A stretch of 49,270 nt of DNA from Candidatus Aenigmatarchaeota archaeon. GTDB taxonomy: Archaea; Aenigmatarchaeota; Aenigmatarchaeia; QMZS01. Both the position numbers and the translations under genes were made by a program. Within the stretch, counting starts at the first letter, position 1; the number at the start of each line of letters is the position of its first letter. Where the stretch lies: contig JAFGCN010000017.1 in assembly GCA_016932615.1 (NCBI GenBank), forward strand, positions 1 to 49,270. Direction: 5' to 3'. The notes under the pieces are model-generated. The model saw only the letters and a list, made by a program, of their open reading frames with translations. It searched no databases and had not been told where the DNA came from. Below are positions 8,297 to 17,020 of the stretch, one piece after another.

Positions 8297-9007
8297 ATGG
8301 AATACCTGGAGGAGCTTAAAAAGAAGATTGCAGGCGAAATCGTGCTGTCTGAGAATGCCGGCGAAACCATAAAAAAGTGGAGACAGCTCTTTAGAATCTC
8401 CCAGACGGAGCTTGCTTCAAAGCTTGAAATAAGCCCTTCAGTCATATCGGACTACGAGTCCGGGCGCAGGAAATCCCCCGGGACAAAGCTTATCCACAGG
8501 GTGGTAGAGTCTCTTATGGATATAGACTCTGAGCGTGGGGGAAAGATAATCGAGGAATTTACCGGAATCTACAAGGGGAACAAATTTAGCTCATTTGTGC
8601 TTGCCATGAAGGAGTTTTCGAGGCCAGTTGGCATAAAGGAGTTTTTAAAGGAAATTGACGGGGAGGTCTGCTACCCGTTTTTGGACGAGAATATCTATGG
8701 CTACTCGCTTATCGACAGTGAAGCGGCAATTATTCACTTCTCCCCGACAGATATTACTACAATAACCTCCCTTATCAACAACCACTGCCTGATTTTTACC
8801 AACCTTTCGAGGGGCAGGTCCCCGCTTATTGCCATACGGCTTGCAAACCTGAGGCCCGGCCTGGTGGTGCTTCACGGCATAGAGAAGGTTGACGACACAG
8901 CATTAAGGACCGCCAGGATAGACAAAATACCTCTTGCGATATCGTACACCTCCACAAAAGACCGGCTTTTGGAGCGGCTTAAGGCAGTTGATAAGCTATT
9001 TGGATAG
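8297..9007 (+). CDS. HTH (XRE/Cro-C1-type) DNA-binding protein with an uncharacterised C-terminal domain
   Basis: WRQLFRISQTELASKLEISPSVISDYESGRR is a classic HTH_3 helix-turn-helix motif. The remaining ~150 aa have no recognisable motif. Confidence 0.55.
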   Translation: MEYLEELKKKIAGEIVLSENAGETIKKWRQLFRISQTELASKLEISPSVISDYESGRRKSPGTKLIHRVVESLMDIDSERGGKIIEEFTGIYKGNKFSSFVLAMKEFSRPVGIKEFLKEIDGEVCYPFLDENIYGYSLIDSEAAIIHFSPTDITTITSLINNHCLIFTNLSRGRSPLIAIRLANLRPGLVVLHGIEKVDDTALRTARIDKIPLAISYTSTKDRLLERLKAVDKLFG

Positions 9008-9296
9008 TTTTGAACTTTTCAGGGCCGTACACCAGCAGGTATTTTACGCTTTGGCCACCGGGCGGGGCTTTTCCGACACTAACAGGAAAGCAGAGAGTTT
9101 CTTCAAGGCGGGTCTCAATTTCACTTTCCTCCATGGAAGCGAGCTTTCCGCTTTTTTCGAGGTTGCTAAGCCCGCCATATATCTTTTCTTCATATTCCGG
9201 GCTTGCTGCATGATTGGAGCTGAGCACGGCTATGGCAGAGATTATAATTAGCGAGGCTATGAGCGCTTCAAGTGAGAAAAAATAGCCTTTTTGCAT
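8979..9296 (-). CDS. Small pilin-like protein (start at the internal MQKGYFFSLEALIA; the track ORF 8979-9587 probably over-extends)
   Basis: MQKGYFFSLEALIASLIIISAIAVL has KG followed by a hydrophobic helix, resembling a class III signal peptide. The region upstream of this Met has no coding-like character and overlaps a plus-strand ORF. Confidence 0.4.
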   Translation of the reverse strand: MQKGYFFSLEALIASLIIISAIAVLSSNHAASPEYEEKIYGGLSNLEKSGKLASMEESEIETRLEETLCFPVSVGKAPPGGQSVKYLLVYGPEKFKTIQIAYQLP

Positions 9297-9320
9297 AATA
9301 AAGATACTACAAGTATATTG

Positions 9321-9698
9321 ATGGGGGATTGGAAAGGAGTGATAATCGAAGAAAGTTTGGGCAATAAAGAGCTTCTTGAGGATGCTGAGATTGTTGGGAG
9401 GTATAAACGGGATTTGGAAAGTGAAGGGGAAAAGGGCTTGTTTCACTTTTACAAGGTCAGGGTTTCGGATGATGTTATAGAAAAGGTGATCCGGAAGGGC
9501 AAAAGTGCAATAAAGCGGGGCTGGTATATTCACCTGTGCAAGGATGACCTTATGGTCATAATTTACAAGGACCGTAGCTTTCGGCACATAAAAGGGGACA
9601 AGGAGAGCTTGGTCGAGCTGAGGGATTATGGGAAATCAATAGGAATAGGTGATGCCCGGCTTCCAGATGAGTCTTTCTTAGAGAATCCCTGGGCTTAG
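9321..9698 (+). CDS. Hypothetical protein (start uncertain: 9291 or 9321)
   Basis: ORF of about 125 aa (MGDWKGVIIEESLGNKELLEDAEIVGRY...). No recognisable motif. Coding-like composition. Confidence 0.3.
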   Translation: MGDWKGVIIEESLGNKELLEDAEIVGRYKRDLESEGEKGLFHFYKVRVSDDVIEKVIRKGKSAIKRGWYIHLCKDDLMVIIYKDRSFRHIKGDKESLVELRDYGKSIGIGDARLPDESFLENPWA

Positions 9699-9760
9699 AG
9701 ACTATTCCAGTGACCTTACGATAAAACCCTTCTCCAGAACCTCTTCTTCTGCCCAGAAGT

Positions 9761-9961
9761 TCAGGTTTTTGTATTCATCACAAAAGCCACCTTCTTTTCC
9801 AGGACTCTCCTAGTGTAACTCTTTTTTCTTGGGCCCCATTCTTTGAGAAGGAGTGTGTCGCCAGGTGAGCAGTCAAAATCTGCAAGACGAAGGTCAAACT
9901 TTTTTTTGCCGCTTAGGGCTCTTTCGAAAAGGTCGGGCCAGGATTTCTTTTCGATACGCAT
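9761..9961 (-). CDS. Small PUA/ASCH-like (DUF3850-like) protein
   Basis: MRIEKKSWPDLFERALSGKKKFDLRLADFDCSPGDTLLLKEW resembles the DUF3850/ASCH beta-barrel signature (W/P..F.AI.SGKKTFE.R.ND.....GD.L.L.E). Confidence 0.35.
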   Translation of the reverse strand: MRIEKKSWPDLFERALSGKKKFDLRLADFDCSPGDTLLLKEWGPRKKSYTRRVLEKKVAFVMNTKT

Positions 9962-9995
9962 AATTGATTTTTTCTTATATCCTACTAGTATAATT

Positions 9996-11129
9996 ATGAG
10001 AGTTCCCTTGACCGGAGCGCACGCGGCAACTGAGGCAATCCGGCAGATAAACCCTGATGTTTTTGCAGCTTATCCAATAACCCCTCAGACGCCGATAATA
10101 GAGAAATACTCGAAGTTTATCGCAGATGGTGTTGTCAGCACTGAAATGGTGAGGGTGGAGTCCGAGCACTCTGCGATGTCTGCCTGTGTAGGCAGTTCTG
10201 CGGCAGGGGCAAGAACATTTACTGCCTCAAGCTCGCAGGGTCTTGCGCTCATGTTTGAGATTTTGCCTATAGCTTCCTCACTTCGCCTTCCAATCGTGAT
10301 GCAGGCCGTCGCAAGGGCCCTTTCAGGCCCTATCAACATACACTGTGACCATAGCGACATCATGGCCTGCCGTGACACCGGCTGGATACAGATTTTTTCC
10401 GAAAACGCCCAGGAGGCGTATGAAAATACCTTCCTTGCAACAAAGCTTGCGGAGAGAGTTTCACTTCCTGCGATGGTGGTGCAGGATGGGTTTGTAACCT
10501 CCCATTCGGTAGAGGGCGTCGAGCTTCTTGAAGACAAGGTGGCTGCAAAGTTTGTTGGAAATTATTCACCGAAATTTGCCCTGCTTGACCTGAAACATCC
10601 CGTAACTCTTGGGCCTTTTGCGCTTCAGGATTACTACTATGAATTCAAGATGCAGCAGGAGGCTGCGATGTCAAATGCGAAGAAGGAATACCTGAAAGTA
10701 GGGCGCGAGCTTGGTCTAGTTACGAGAAAAAAGTATCCTTATTTTGAGCCATACCGGCTAAGGGACGCAAAGTCCGTTATTGTCGCTGCCGGCTCGACGG
10801 CAGGAGTGATAAAGGATGTTGTTGACGAGCGGCGGGCAAAGGGCGAGAAAGTAGGGCTTTTGAAAATAAAGCTGTTCAGGCCGTTTCCGACAAAAGAAAT
10901 CGAGCAGGCGCTCAGGGGAAAGGCAGTTGCTGTTCTGGACAGGAGCATGTCTTTTGGCGCAAAGCCGCCATTGTATCTCGACATAAAAGACGCCTGCGGA
11001 AAAGCAGCCAGTTATATTTACGGGCTTGGCGGAAGAGACATCTTCTCTTCCGACATCCACAAGGTATTTGACGAACTGAAGAAGAAAAAGCTGGATGGTC
11101 AGGTAAAGTATATAGGTCTTAGAAGCTGA
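9996..11129 (+). CDS. porA: Pyruvate/2-oxoacid:ferredoxin oxidoreductase alpha subunit (PorA-like). The start is at the internal ATG 9996; the upstream part of track ORF 9843 is not coding.
   Basis: MRVPLTGAHAATEAIRQINPDVFAAYPITPQTPIIE...SEHSAMSACVGSSAAGARTFTASSSQGLALM shows the PorA/KorA N-terminal and transketolase-C-like core motifs. A TATA-like tttcttatat lies about 20 nt upstream. Confidence 0.8.
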   Translation: MRVPLTGAHAATEAIRQINPDVFAAYPITPQTPIIEKYSKFIADGVVSTEMVRVESEHSAMSACVGSSAAGARTFTASSSQGLALMFEILPIASSLRLPIVMQAVARALSGPINIHCDHSDIMACRDTGWIQIFSENAQEAYENTFLATKLAERVSLPAMVVQDGFVTSHSVEGVELLEDKVAAKFVGNYSPKFALLDLKHPVTLGPFALQDYYYEFKMQQEAAMSNAKKEYLKVGRELGLVTRKKYPYFEPYRLRDAKSVIVAAGSTAGVIKDVVDERRAKGEKVGLLKIKLFRPFPTKEIEQALRGKAVAVLDRSMSFGAKPPLYLDIKDACGKAASYIYGLGGRDIFSSDIHKVFDELKKKKLDGQVKYIGLRS

Positions 11130-11183
11130 TTCCAATTATCCAGAATTATGCTTATATATAATAATCTATCTAATACTATAGTT

Positions 11184-12593
11184 ATGGCAAGCCTTTTGCA
11201 GCACTTCGAAAGAGCTTTTAGTGCTTACCGAAAGAACCTGATTCCGTATACATTCTCGGCGCTTCTTGTTTGCTTTGCTGCCGTTTTTGTCATGTTCCTT
11301 GGAATGCTTGTTTTCGTGCTTAACTCGGAGTCTGTCTTTTACTCGGAGGAGTTTATGAACCAGGCGGAGCTTGACCCTGCAGTAGTGTTGCTCGCATTGA
11401 TGACACCGGGAAACATAGCGATACTCTTTACCTTCTCTTTTTTGGCTCTCGTTGCATTCCTGTATATGTCTGCCGGAGTTTATGGAGTTTGTCTTGAGGG
11501 GCTCAGGGGAAGAGTCTCTGTAAGGGCATTTTTCAGTTCCGTTGCAAGGCGTGGCGGGTCGTACCTAATCGCTTCACTCATCCTTTTAGGTTTCCTGATG
11601 GGATTTATCGTGCTTGCAATGTTTGTTCCAATATTTCTTTTTGTAAGCATGCCTGTTGCTGCGGCAGTTCAGTCTTATCTTGTCTGGTTTTTGCTCATTT
11701 ATTTCCTGGGCTTCCTTCTTACGCCTTTCTTCTTCTCTGTCCTTCCAGCCATAGTTTCCGGAAGGGGGATAATAAATGCTTTCAGGGAGAGTATGGCTGT
11801 AGGCAGGGATAATTACCTTGAGCTTTTGCTTCTTGAGGTGCTTCTCTTTACAGGTTTTTTTGTTTCTGCGCTCATTCCATACATTTGGGCGGGAATTTTG
11901 TTTTTCATTTCCGTGCCTATTGCTACATTTGTCAACTGCTCCTTTTACCTTGACAGGGTAAGCCCAGCTAAGATGGGTGCGCACAAAGAATCCCCAAAGC
12001 AACCTTCCGGGCAGAGAAGAATTCCTGCAAGGGTTATGCCTGCCAGGGCTGCGGCTGAAAACCAAAGGCCTGCAAAGGAAAGCGAGTTTATAGAGGAGCC
12101 GCCCGTTGACTTTACAGTTTCAGAGTCAAAGAAAAAGCTTGTTTCGGAGCTTAGAGAAAGGGCTATTTCGGAAGACCGGAAAAAACAAGGGCAAAAGAAA
12201 AAGCAGGTGTCCGCTGCAACCGCCAGAAAGAAGAAAAAAGATACTCTCAAGACAAAATCGGCAAAGAAGCCAAAGTTGAAGAAGCCGATTGTGAAAAAGA
12301 AGCCTGCAGAAAAAAAGCAAAAAAAGAAAGTGCCTGTGAAAGAAGCCCGCGCGAAAAAGGCAGGCCCAGCAACTAAGGAAACTGCTGCCGAGCCCGCAGC
12401 AATTGCCCCCATTCCAAGCGCACCTTCAAAAGCTCCTTTAAAAAAGAAGCCCGTGAAGAAAGTGAAAACTCCTGCCGCAAGGCATTCAATTGTGCAGAGG
12501 GCAATTGCAAAGCACACGACTGCAAAGAACCGGGACATTGAGCTTTTCCAGCAGCTGGAGTTGCCAAAAAATAAGCCAAAGAAGGGCAAGTGA
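11184..12593 (+). CDS. Polytopic membrane protein with a C-terminal histone-H1-like lysine-rich tail of about 140 aa (alternative start 11148)
   Basis: About 6 predicted TM helices (e.g. IPYTFSALLVCFAAVFVMFLGMLVFVL). Conserved SGRGIINAFRES segment. The tail reads KKQGQKKKQVSAATARKKKKDTLKTKSAKKPKLKKPIVKKKPAEKKQKKKVPVKEARAKKAGPATKE. Paralogous to the next gene. Confidence 0.6.
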   Translation: MASLLQHFERAFSAYRKNLIPYTFSALLVCFAAVFVMFLGMLVFVLNSESVFYSEEFMNQAELDPAVVLLALMTPGNIAILFTFSFLALVAFLYMSAGVYGVCLEGLRGRVSVRAFFSSVARRGGSYLIASLILLGFLMGFIVLAMFVPIFLFVSMPVAAAVQSYLVWFLLIYFLGFLLTPFFFSVLPAIVSGRGIINAFRESMAVGRDNYLELLLLEVLLFTGFFVSALIPYIWAGILFFISVPIATFVNCSFYLDRVSPAKMGAHKESPKQPSGQRRIPARVMPARAAAENQRPAKESEFIEEPPVDFTVSESKKKLVSELRERAISEDRKKQGQKKKQVSAATARKKKKDTLKTKSAKKPKLKKPIVKKKPAEKKQKKKVPVKEARAKKAGPATKETAAEPAAIAPIPSAPSKAPLKKKPVKKVKTPAARHSIVQRAIAKHTTAKNRDIELFQQLELPKNKPKKGK

Positions 12594-12630
12594 GTGCTAG
12601 AGGGCTATTAATTATATAATATAGTCAATT

Positions 12631-13512
12631 ATGGTGACATTTACAGAACACCTCAGACGAAGTTTCGGAGCTTATATTCGCAATTTCCGGGTAATAGCGC
12701 TTGCGCTCATCATTGCAGCAATTCCGTCGGCAATGCTGGTGGGGCTCGGATTTTACGCAGTGTCTGACTTCTCTTTTGGCGAAGCGGGGCGACTTGCAAA
12801 GGAGACCTACTTTGCTGACAGAGTTTCTATTTGGGAGGACTCACCTTACCCTCCTGAACTGTTTTCCCCCTGGTTTTTTGTGTTCGAGGGCCTGGCGGCC
12901 ATCGTGACATCATATATGCTTGCGGGAACCTATGGGGTATGCCTTTCTGCCATAAAAGGGCGGCCATCTCTTTCTGATTTTTTCAGGTCTCTTCGGGAAA
13001 GTGGGGTTACCCTTGTTTTGTCAAAAATCGCACTTCTTGCAGGGCTTACTGTTTCGCTTGTGCTTTTGTTTCTTACAGGCCTTGTTTTCGCAGCGGTTGC
13101 TAACGCAATTTTCTCGGTTTCTGAAGGGCTGCTTGGCATGCTTTTCGTTCTGTTTTTTATCCTGATAATCGCTCCTATTTTGCCTCTTGTGCTGCTCGTG
13201 TCCCCTTCAGTTGTTTCTGGCAGAAGCGTAGTTGAGGCGTTCAGGGAGAGTTACGCCCTGGGCATTAAGCATTATTGGGGGATTGTTGGGCTTATCCTGG
13301 TGGCTATGGTTCTGATGGTTGTAAGCGGAATTCTGGGTGTTTTAAATGCCCTGGCGGCACTTCTTTTTTCCGGATTTTTTGTTTCACCCCTGATTGCGCT
13401 GCTGCTGTCCTCATACTACCTTGATAAATCAGGCAAAAAACAGGCAAGGGGCTCTGAGATGACGCCACGGAATGCGGCAAAGAAGAAAGTGACACAATCG
13501 AGGAGGAAGTGA
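12631..13512 (+). CDS. Polytopic membrane protein, a paralogue of the preceding gene but without the lysine-rich tail
   Basis: Shares block order with 11184-12593: FGAYIRNFRVIALALII vs FSAYRKNLIPYTFSALLV; VSGRSVVEAFRESYALG vs VSGRGIINAFRESMAVG; YGVCLSAIKGRPSLSDFF vs YGVCLEGLRGRVSVRAFF. Confidence 0.6.
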   Translation: MVTFTEHLRRSFGAYIRNFRVIALALIIAAIPSAMLVGLGFYAVSDFSFGEAGRLAKETYFADRVSIWEDSPYPPELFSPWFFVFEGLAAIVTSYMLAGTYGVCLSAIKGRPSLSDFFRSLRESGVTLVLSKIALLAGLTVSLVLLFLTGLVFAAVANAIFSVSEGLLGMLFVLFFILIIAPILPLVLLVSPSVVSGRSVVEAFRESYALGIKHYWGIVGLILVAMVLMVVSGILGVLNALAALLFSGFFVSPLIALLLSSYYLDKSGKKQARGSEMTPRNAAKKKVTQSRRK

Positions 13513-14762
13513 CAATGATGCTTAATTTTCTTGGAGGGTGCAATGAAGTGGGGAGAGCCGGCTTTGTGGCAAGTGACAGGAATTCGAATCTTCTTCTTGA
13601 GTATGGGGTAAAGCTTCAGCCAAAAATAGAGCTCCCTTCAGTTCCTACCGTAAAGCTCGACGGCGTTTTTATTTCACACGCTCACCTTGACCATAGCGGA
13701 ATGGCGCCGCTTCTTTACCGGCTCCAGAACCCAAAGCTCTATGCAACTTCCGCAACGATGGACCTTATGCATCTCCTTCTTGAAGACTACATAAAGGTCG
13801 GAAAGCTTACGAGGGGCTTTTCCGAGTTTACTGCCCGCGACATGGACATGATGAACCGAAATTTCAAGCGGTGCTCTTACAATAAGCAGTTTCGTGTCGG
13901 AAACCTCGACTGCAGGATTTTTCCGGCGTACCACATCCCAGGAAGCGCTTCGATTCATTTAAGAGGCGCAAAGTCGCTTCTTTTCACAGGCGATATTGCT
14001 CAGTCCAAGACCTACCTTCTGGGCTACCACCACATAAACTATCCAAAGACCGACTGCCTTATGATGGAAACAACTTATGCCGCTGAAGACCATCCGGACA
14101 GGGAAAGAGAAGAGAAGAGGTTCATTGAGAAAATAAAGGAATATGCCGGAGGCATAGTCCTTCTTCCAAGCTTTGCTGTCGGAAGGGCGCAGGAGCTTCT
14201 TCTGATGCTCCACGCAAACGGGATAAAGCAGGACATTTATCTTGACGGCATGGCGCAAAAAGCGGCGGACATAATACTCTACCACAAAAATGAGCTTAGG
14301 GATGCGCATGAGCTTAAGGAAGCGATGAAGAAAGCGCACTTTGTGAAGACAAAGAAGCAGAGAGCCGCCATATGCAAGAAGGGTGGGATTGTACTGACGA
14401 CTTCAGGCATGCTTAGCGGAGGACCAATATGCTATTACCTCAGGAAAGTGCGGGACGATTCCGATGCTTGCCTTCTTCTTACTGGCTACCAGGCGGAAAA
14501 CACTCCCGGTTATGGCGTGCTTAAGACGGGCTACTTTGAAAATGAGGAGGATGGCCGGTACAAGGTGAATCTTGAGGTGATGAAATACGATTTTAGCGGC
14601 CATGCCGGAAGAAGCGAACTCTTTGGCCTGATTAAAAATGTAAAGCCGAAAACGGTCGTGTGCGTTCATGGAGAGCATACCAAGAGATTCTCTGAGGAAG
14701 TCCGCGACAGGTTTCACATTGAGGCATTTGCACCCAGGAATGGAGACGTACTTGAGGTTTAG
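13509..14762 (+). CDS. beta-CASP family metallo-beta-lactamase RNase (aCPSF2-like, no KH domains)
   Basis: HAHLDHSG (HxHxDH zinc motif), a later downstream D/H motif region, GRAQELLLML and a C-terminal VHGEHT motif characteristic of beta-CASP nucleases. 417 aa. Overlaps the upstream stop by 4 nt. Confidence 0.75.
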   Translation: MTMMLNFLGGCNEVGRAGFVASDRNSNLLLEYGVKLQPKIELPSVPTVKLDGVFISHAHLDHSGMAPLLYRLQNPKLYATSATMDLMHLLLEDYIKVGKLTRGFSEFTARDMDMMNRNFKRCSYNKQFRVGNLDCRIFPAYHIPGSASIHLRGAKSLLFTGDIAQSKTYLLGYHHINYPKTDCLMMETTYAAEDHPDREREEKRFIEKIKEYAGGIVLLPSFAVGRAQELLLMLHANGIKQDIYLDGMAQKAADIILYHKNELRDAHELKEAMKKAHFVKTKKQRAAICKKGGIVLTTSGMLSGGPICYYLRKVRDDSDACLLLTGYQAENTPGYGVLKTGYFENEEDGRYKVNLEVMKYDFSGHAGRSELFGLIKNVKPKTVVCVHGEHTKRFSEEVRDRFHIEAFAPRNGDVLEV

Positions 14763-14806
14763 ATTTCTGTTTTTGCCCGGGCATGCGATTCTATTTTATT
14801 TCATAA

Positions 14807-16603
14807 GTGTATTCAGTTATGCCAAAAGTTCTTCTGGGAAAGAACATTATCGACAAGCCCGTCAATTGGGAGATTGAAAAGGAAAAAAACCCGCATCTGC
14901 TCGTTTTGGGGACTTCCGGGTGCGGAAAGACGGAAACCCTGAAGGCGATAATACATGACCTTAACGCCGCAAAGGTGCCTTCACTTATAATTGATTTTCA
15001 CAGCGAGTTTTCCGGGGTCGGGGATAAAGTCCTGAATATGAGGGACTCAGGAATGAACCCTCTTGAGTTTTCAGAGCATGAAACTCCTGAGTCGGTAGTT
15101 TATGAGGTTTCAGGAATCATAAAGAAGATATTCGGGCTTGGCGAGATACAGCAGTCAATAATCAGGCAGGCGCTGAAAAACAGCTACCTTGAAATGGGAA
15201 TTGATGTTCGAAGGGAAGGCCCCGCGGAAAGCTATCCTACCTTTTCAGATGTAAAACAGCATATATACCAGCTTGAAACTCCATCAACAAAGAGAAACAT
15301 AGAGTCTCTCATGAGTAGAATTGACCCTCTTTTTGAGCTTGAGCTTTTCCAGAGCAGCAACCAGATTGCTTTTTCAGACCTCCTGAACGGGACGACTGTA
15401 GTTGACCTGAAGAACTTTCCGACCGAAGAGATAAAGTCGGTTATCGCGGAGTTTTTCCTTGCAAAGCTATCTTATTATATCTACTCGCTTGAAAAGTCAA
15501 AGCAGATGAAGCTTTATGTTGTTGTAGATGAGGCGCACCGCCTTATGTATGAGGGCTCTCCTCTGGACCGTTTTTTGAGGGAGTCCAGAAAGTATGGCGT
15601 TGGAGTGATTCTTGCTTCGCAGCGGCCCACAGACTTTAACGAAACAGTTCTCGCCAATGCGGGCGTGTTATTAAGCTTTCAGTGCACACTGGAGAAGGAT
15701 GCAGTTTTTGTGGGAAAGCAACTGGGCCTTGACTCAAAGAAGGTAAGAAACTTGATTGAGCCAGGAATTGGTTATGTCAAGTTCTCGCGGTCCGATAAGG
15801 CCGAGCGGGTCCATATAACCCGGCTTCAGGACAGGATGACCGAAGAGGAAAAAGCGAAAATGAAGGAGCAGGCGAAATATTCCGGCAAAAAAACCGAGAA
15901 GCGCGAGCCACAAAAAGTGGTTCCCCGGGTTAAGCCAGAAGACCTCTTAATTGAAAACGATTCTCTGGGAAAAGATGGTCCTGATGAGGAAGAGGTTACT
16001 GCTGAGAGAAAGGAGCCGGTTTATGACGAGCGGGAGGAAGAGCCGCAGGAAGATGCCCTGGGCGCAGAGGAAGCCTTGGCGGAGAATGAAGATGAATCCG
16101 AAGACAAGGGGCGGGAGGAGACTTCAGATGATGAAGCGCCGAAAAAAGAAAGAAAAAGGCATCCTGATGACAGTGGCGGCGAAAAAACAAGGGAGGAGCT
16201 CGAAGAAGAATACCGAAAGAAGGAAATCGAGGAGGAACTTGAGCGCAAAAAAAGCGAAGCGGTGGAATCAGATGAACGCCGGGAAAAGCATGTACACCAC
16301 GAGACGCACAGGCAATCAGAATCCGGGGGCGATTTTTCACTTTCAAAGCTATTCTTTTTCGACAACGAATCGATCGGAATCCGCCCAGTTGTAAGGGCTG
16401 CCTTTATCACGCTCATGTTTATTGCGGGTTTTTGGCTTCTGATTATGCTTAACATGAACTGCTGGCTGTTCTTCTGCCTTGCTGTTTTGTGGACTCCCCT
16501 TACTGCTGAGCTTTTCAGGGTGGAGGGACACTCGAAGATAATTTTTGACATTTTCCGGCTTATTTTTACCCTGGTGCTGGTTTACCTTTTTGTAGTCTTT
16601 TAG
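14807..16603 (+). CDS. HerA/DUF87-like P-loop ATPase with an acidic low-complexity linker and a C-terminal double-TM anchor
   Basis: Walker A LVLGTSGCGKTE, Walker B LYVVVDEAHRL and the arginine-finger region ILASQRPTDF match the HerA/VirB4/DUF87 fold. Residues ~390-510 are a D/E-rich linker (EEEVTAERKEPVYDEREEEPQED...). The last ~80 aa have two hydrophobic helices (FITLMFIAGFWLLIML; IFDIFRLIFTLVLVYLFVVF). Confidence 0.75.
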   Translation: MYSVMPKVLLGKNIIDKPVNWEIEKEKNPHLLVLGTSGCGKTETLKAIIHDLNAAKVPSLIIDFHSEFSGVGDKVLNMRDSGMNPLEFSEHETPESVVYEVSGIIKKIFGLGEIQQSIIRQALKNSYLEMGIDVRREGPAESYPTFSDVKQHIYQLETPSTKRNIESLMSRIDPLFELELFQSSNQIAFSDLLNGTTVVDLKNFPTEEIKSVIAEFFLAKLSYYIYSLEKSKQMKLYVVVDEAHRLMYEGSPLDRFLRESRKYGVGVILASQRPTDFNETVLANAGVLLSFQCTLEKDAVFVGKQLGLDSKKVRNLIEPGIGYVKFSRSDKAERVHITRLQDRMTEEEKAKMKEQAKYSGKKTEKREPQKVVPRVKPEDLLIENDSLGKDGPDEEEVTAERKEPVYDEREEEPQEDALGAEEALAENEDESEDKGREETSDDEAPKKERKRHPDDSGGEKTREELEEEYRKKEIEEELERKKSEAVESDERREKHVHHETHRQSESGGDFSLSKLFFFDNESIGIRPVVRAAFITLMFIAGFWLLIMLNMNCWLFFCLAVLWTPLTAELFRVEGHSKIIFDIFRLIFTLVLVYLFVVF

Positions 16604-16663
16604 CTTTTTGAAATACAGGCACCAAAGTTTATAAAAATCAAAACTCTCAAAAAAATCAAAAGT

Positions 16664-17017
16664 TTATGCAAGCACTCTTTCCATGTCTTTTGCCTTCAAA
16701 AACTGCAAGCGGTTGTCTATTTCCCTCGACAGGAGCTTAAAGAAGATTATCTGGTCGTCTGCGAATTTTCTCTGCTTTCCAGCAGACTCGCTTTTGGCAA
16801 GCTCTTCTCCGACTGCGCCAAAGAAGGTGGCCCATGCGTCGCATACATCTCTTGTCGCTCTCAGTTTTTTGGGGTCTCGTTCAAGCTCAGCTTTCTTAAT
16901 CTCCTTGAGGAGGAAACTTACTGCCTTGTTATAATCATTTTCGGTTTTCTTGGCAAATTCCCTGATGTTCTTGACTGGCTTTTTGGTGGTTTTCCCGGAA
17001 GTTTTTTTCTGTTTCAT
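16664..17017 (-). CDS. Small basic alpha-helical hypothetical protein
   Basis: 117-aa ORF immediately downstream of 17021-17794 on the same strand. K-rich N-terminus. No motif recognised. Confidence 0.35.
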   Translation of the reverse strand: MKQKKTSGKTTKKPVKNIREFAKKTENDYNKAVSFLLKEIKKAELERDPKKLRATRDVCDAWATFFGAVGEELAKSESAGKQRKFADDQIIFFKLLSREIDNRLQFLKAKDMERVLA

Positions 17018-17020
17018 ATT

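Noticed and set aside
8979-9587. Full-length 202-aa minus ORF
   Set aside because: Only the distal third (from MQKGYFFSLEALIA) looks protein-like. The upstream part overlaps ORF 9291-9698 and has odd composition, so the call was shortened to 8979-9296.
9843-9995. N-terminal extension of the PorA ORF (MRRSVSPGEQSKSARRRS...)
   Set aside because: The extension overlaps the oppositely oriented DUF3850-like gene and has a non-protein-like arginine/serine composition. A TATA-like element and an ATG at 9996 give the conserved PorA N-terminus.
11586-12589. Minus-strand ORFs 11586-12065, 11945-12589, 12126-12320 and 12373-12579 antisense to the lysine-rich tail
   Set aside because: A/G-rich low-complexity coding DNA (AAR codons) automatically yields long open antisense frames rich in F/L. 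These are shadows of the plus-strand gene.
15951-16551. Alternative-frame ORFs across the acidic linker of the HerA-like gene (15951-16394 +, 15996-16346 -, 16021-16551 -)
   Set aside because: The GAA/GAG-rich repetitive tract keeps several frames open. The in-frame ATPase ORF is continuous and motif-bearing.
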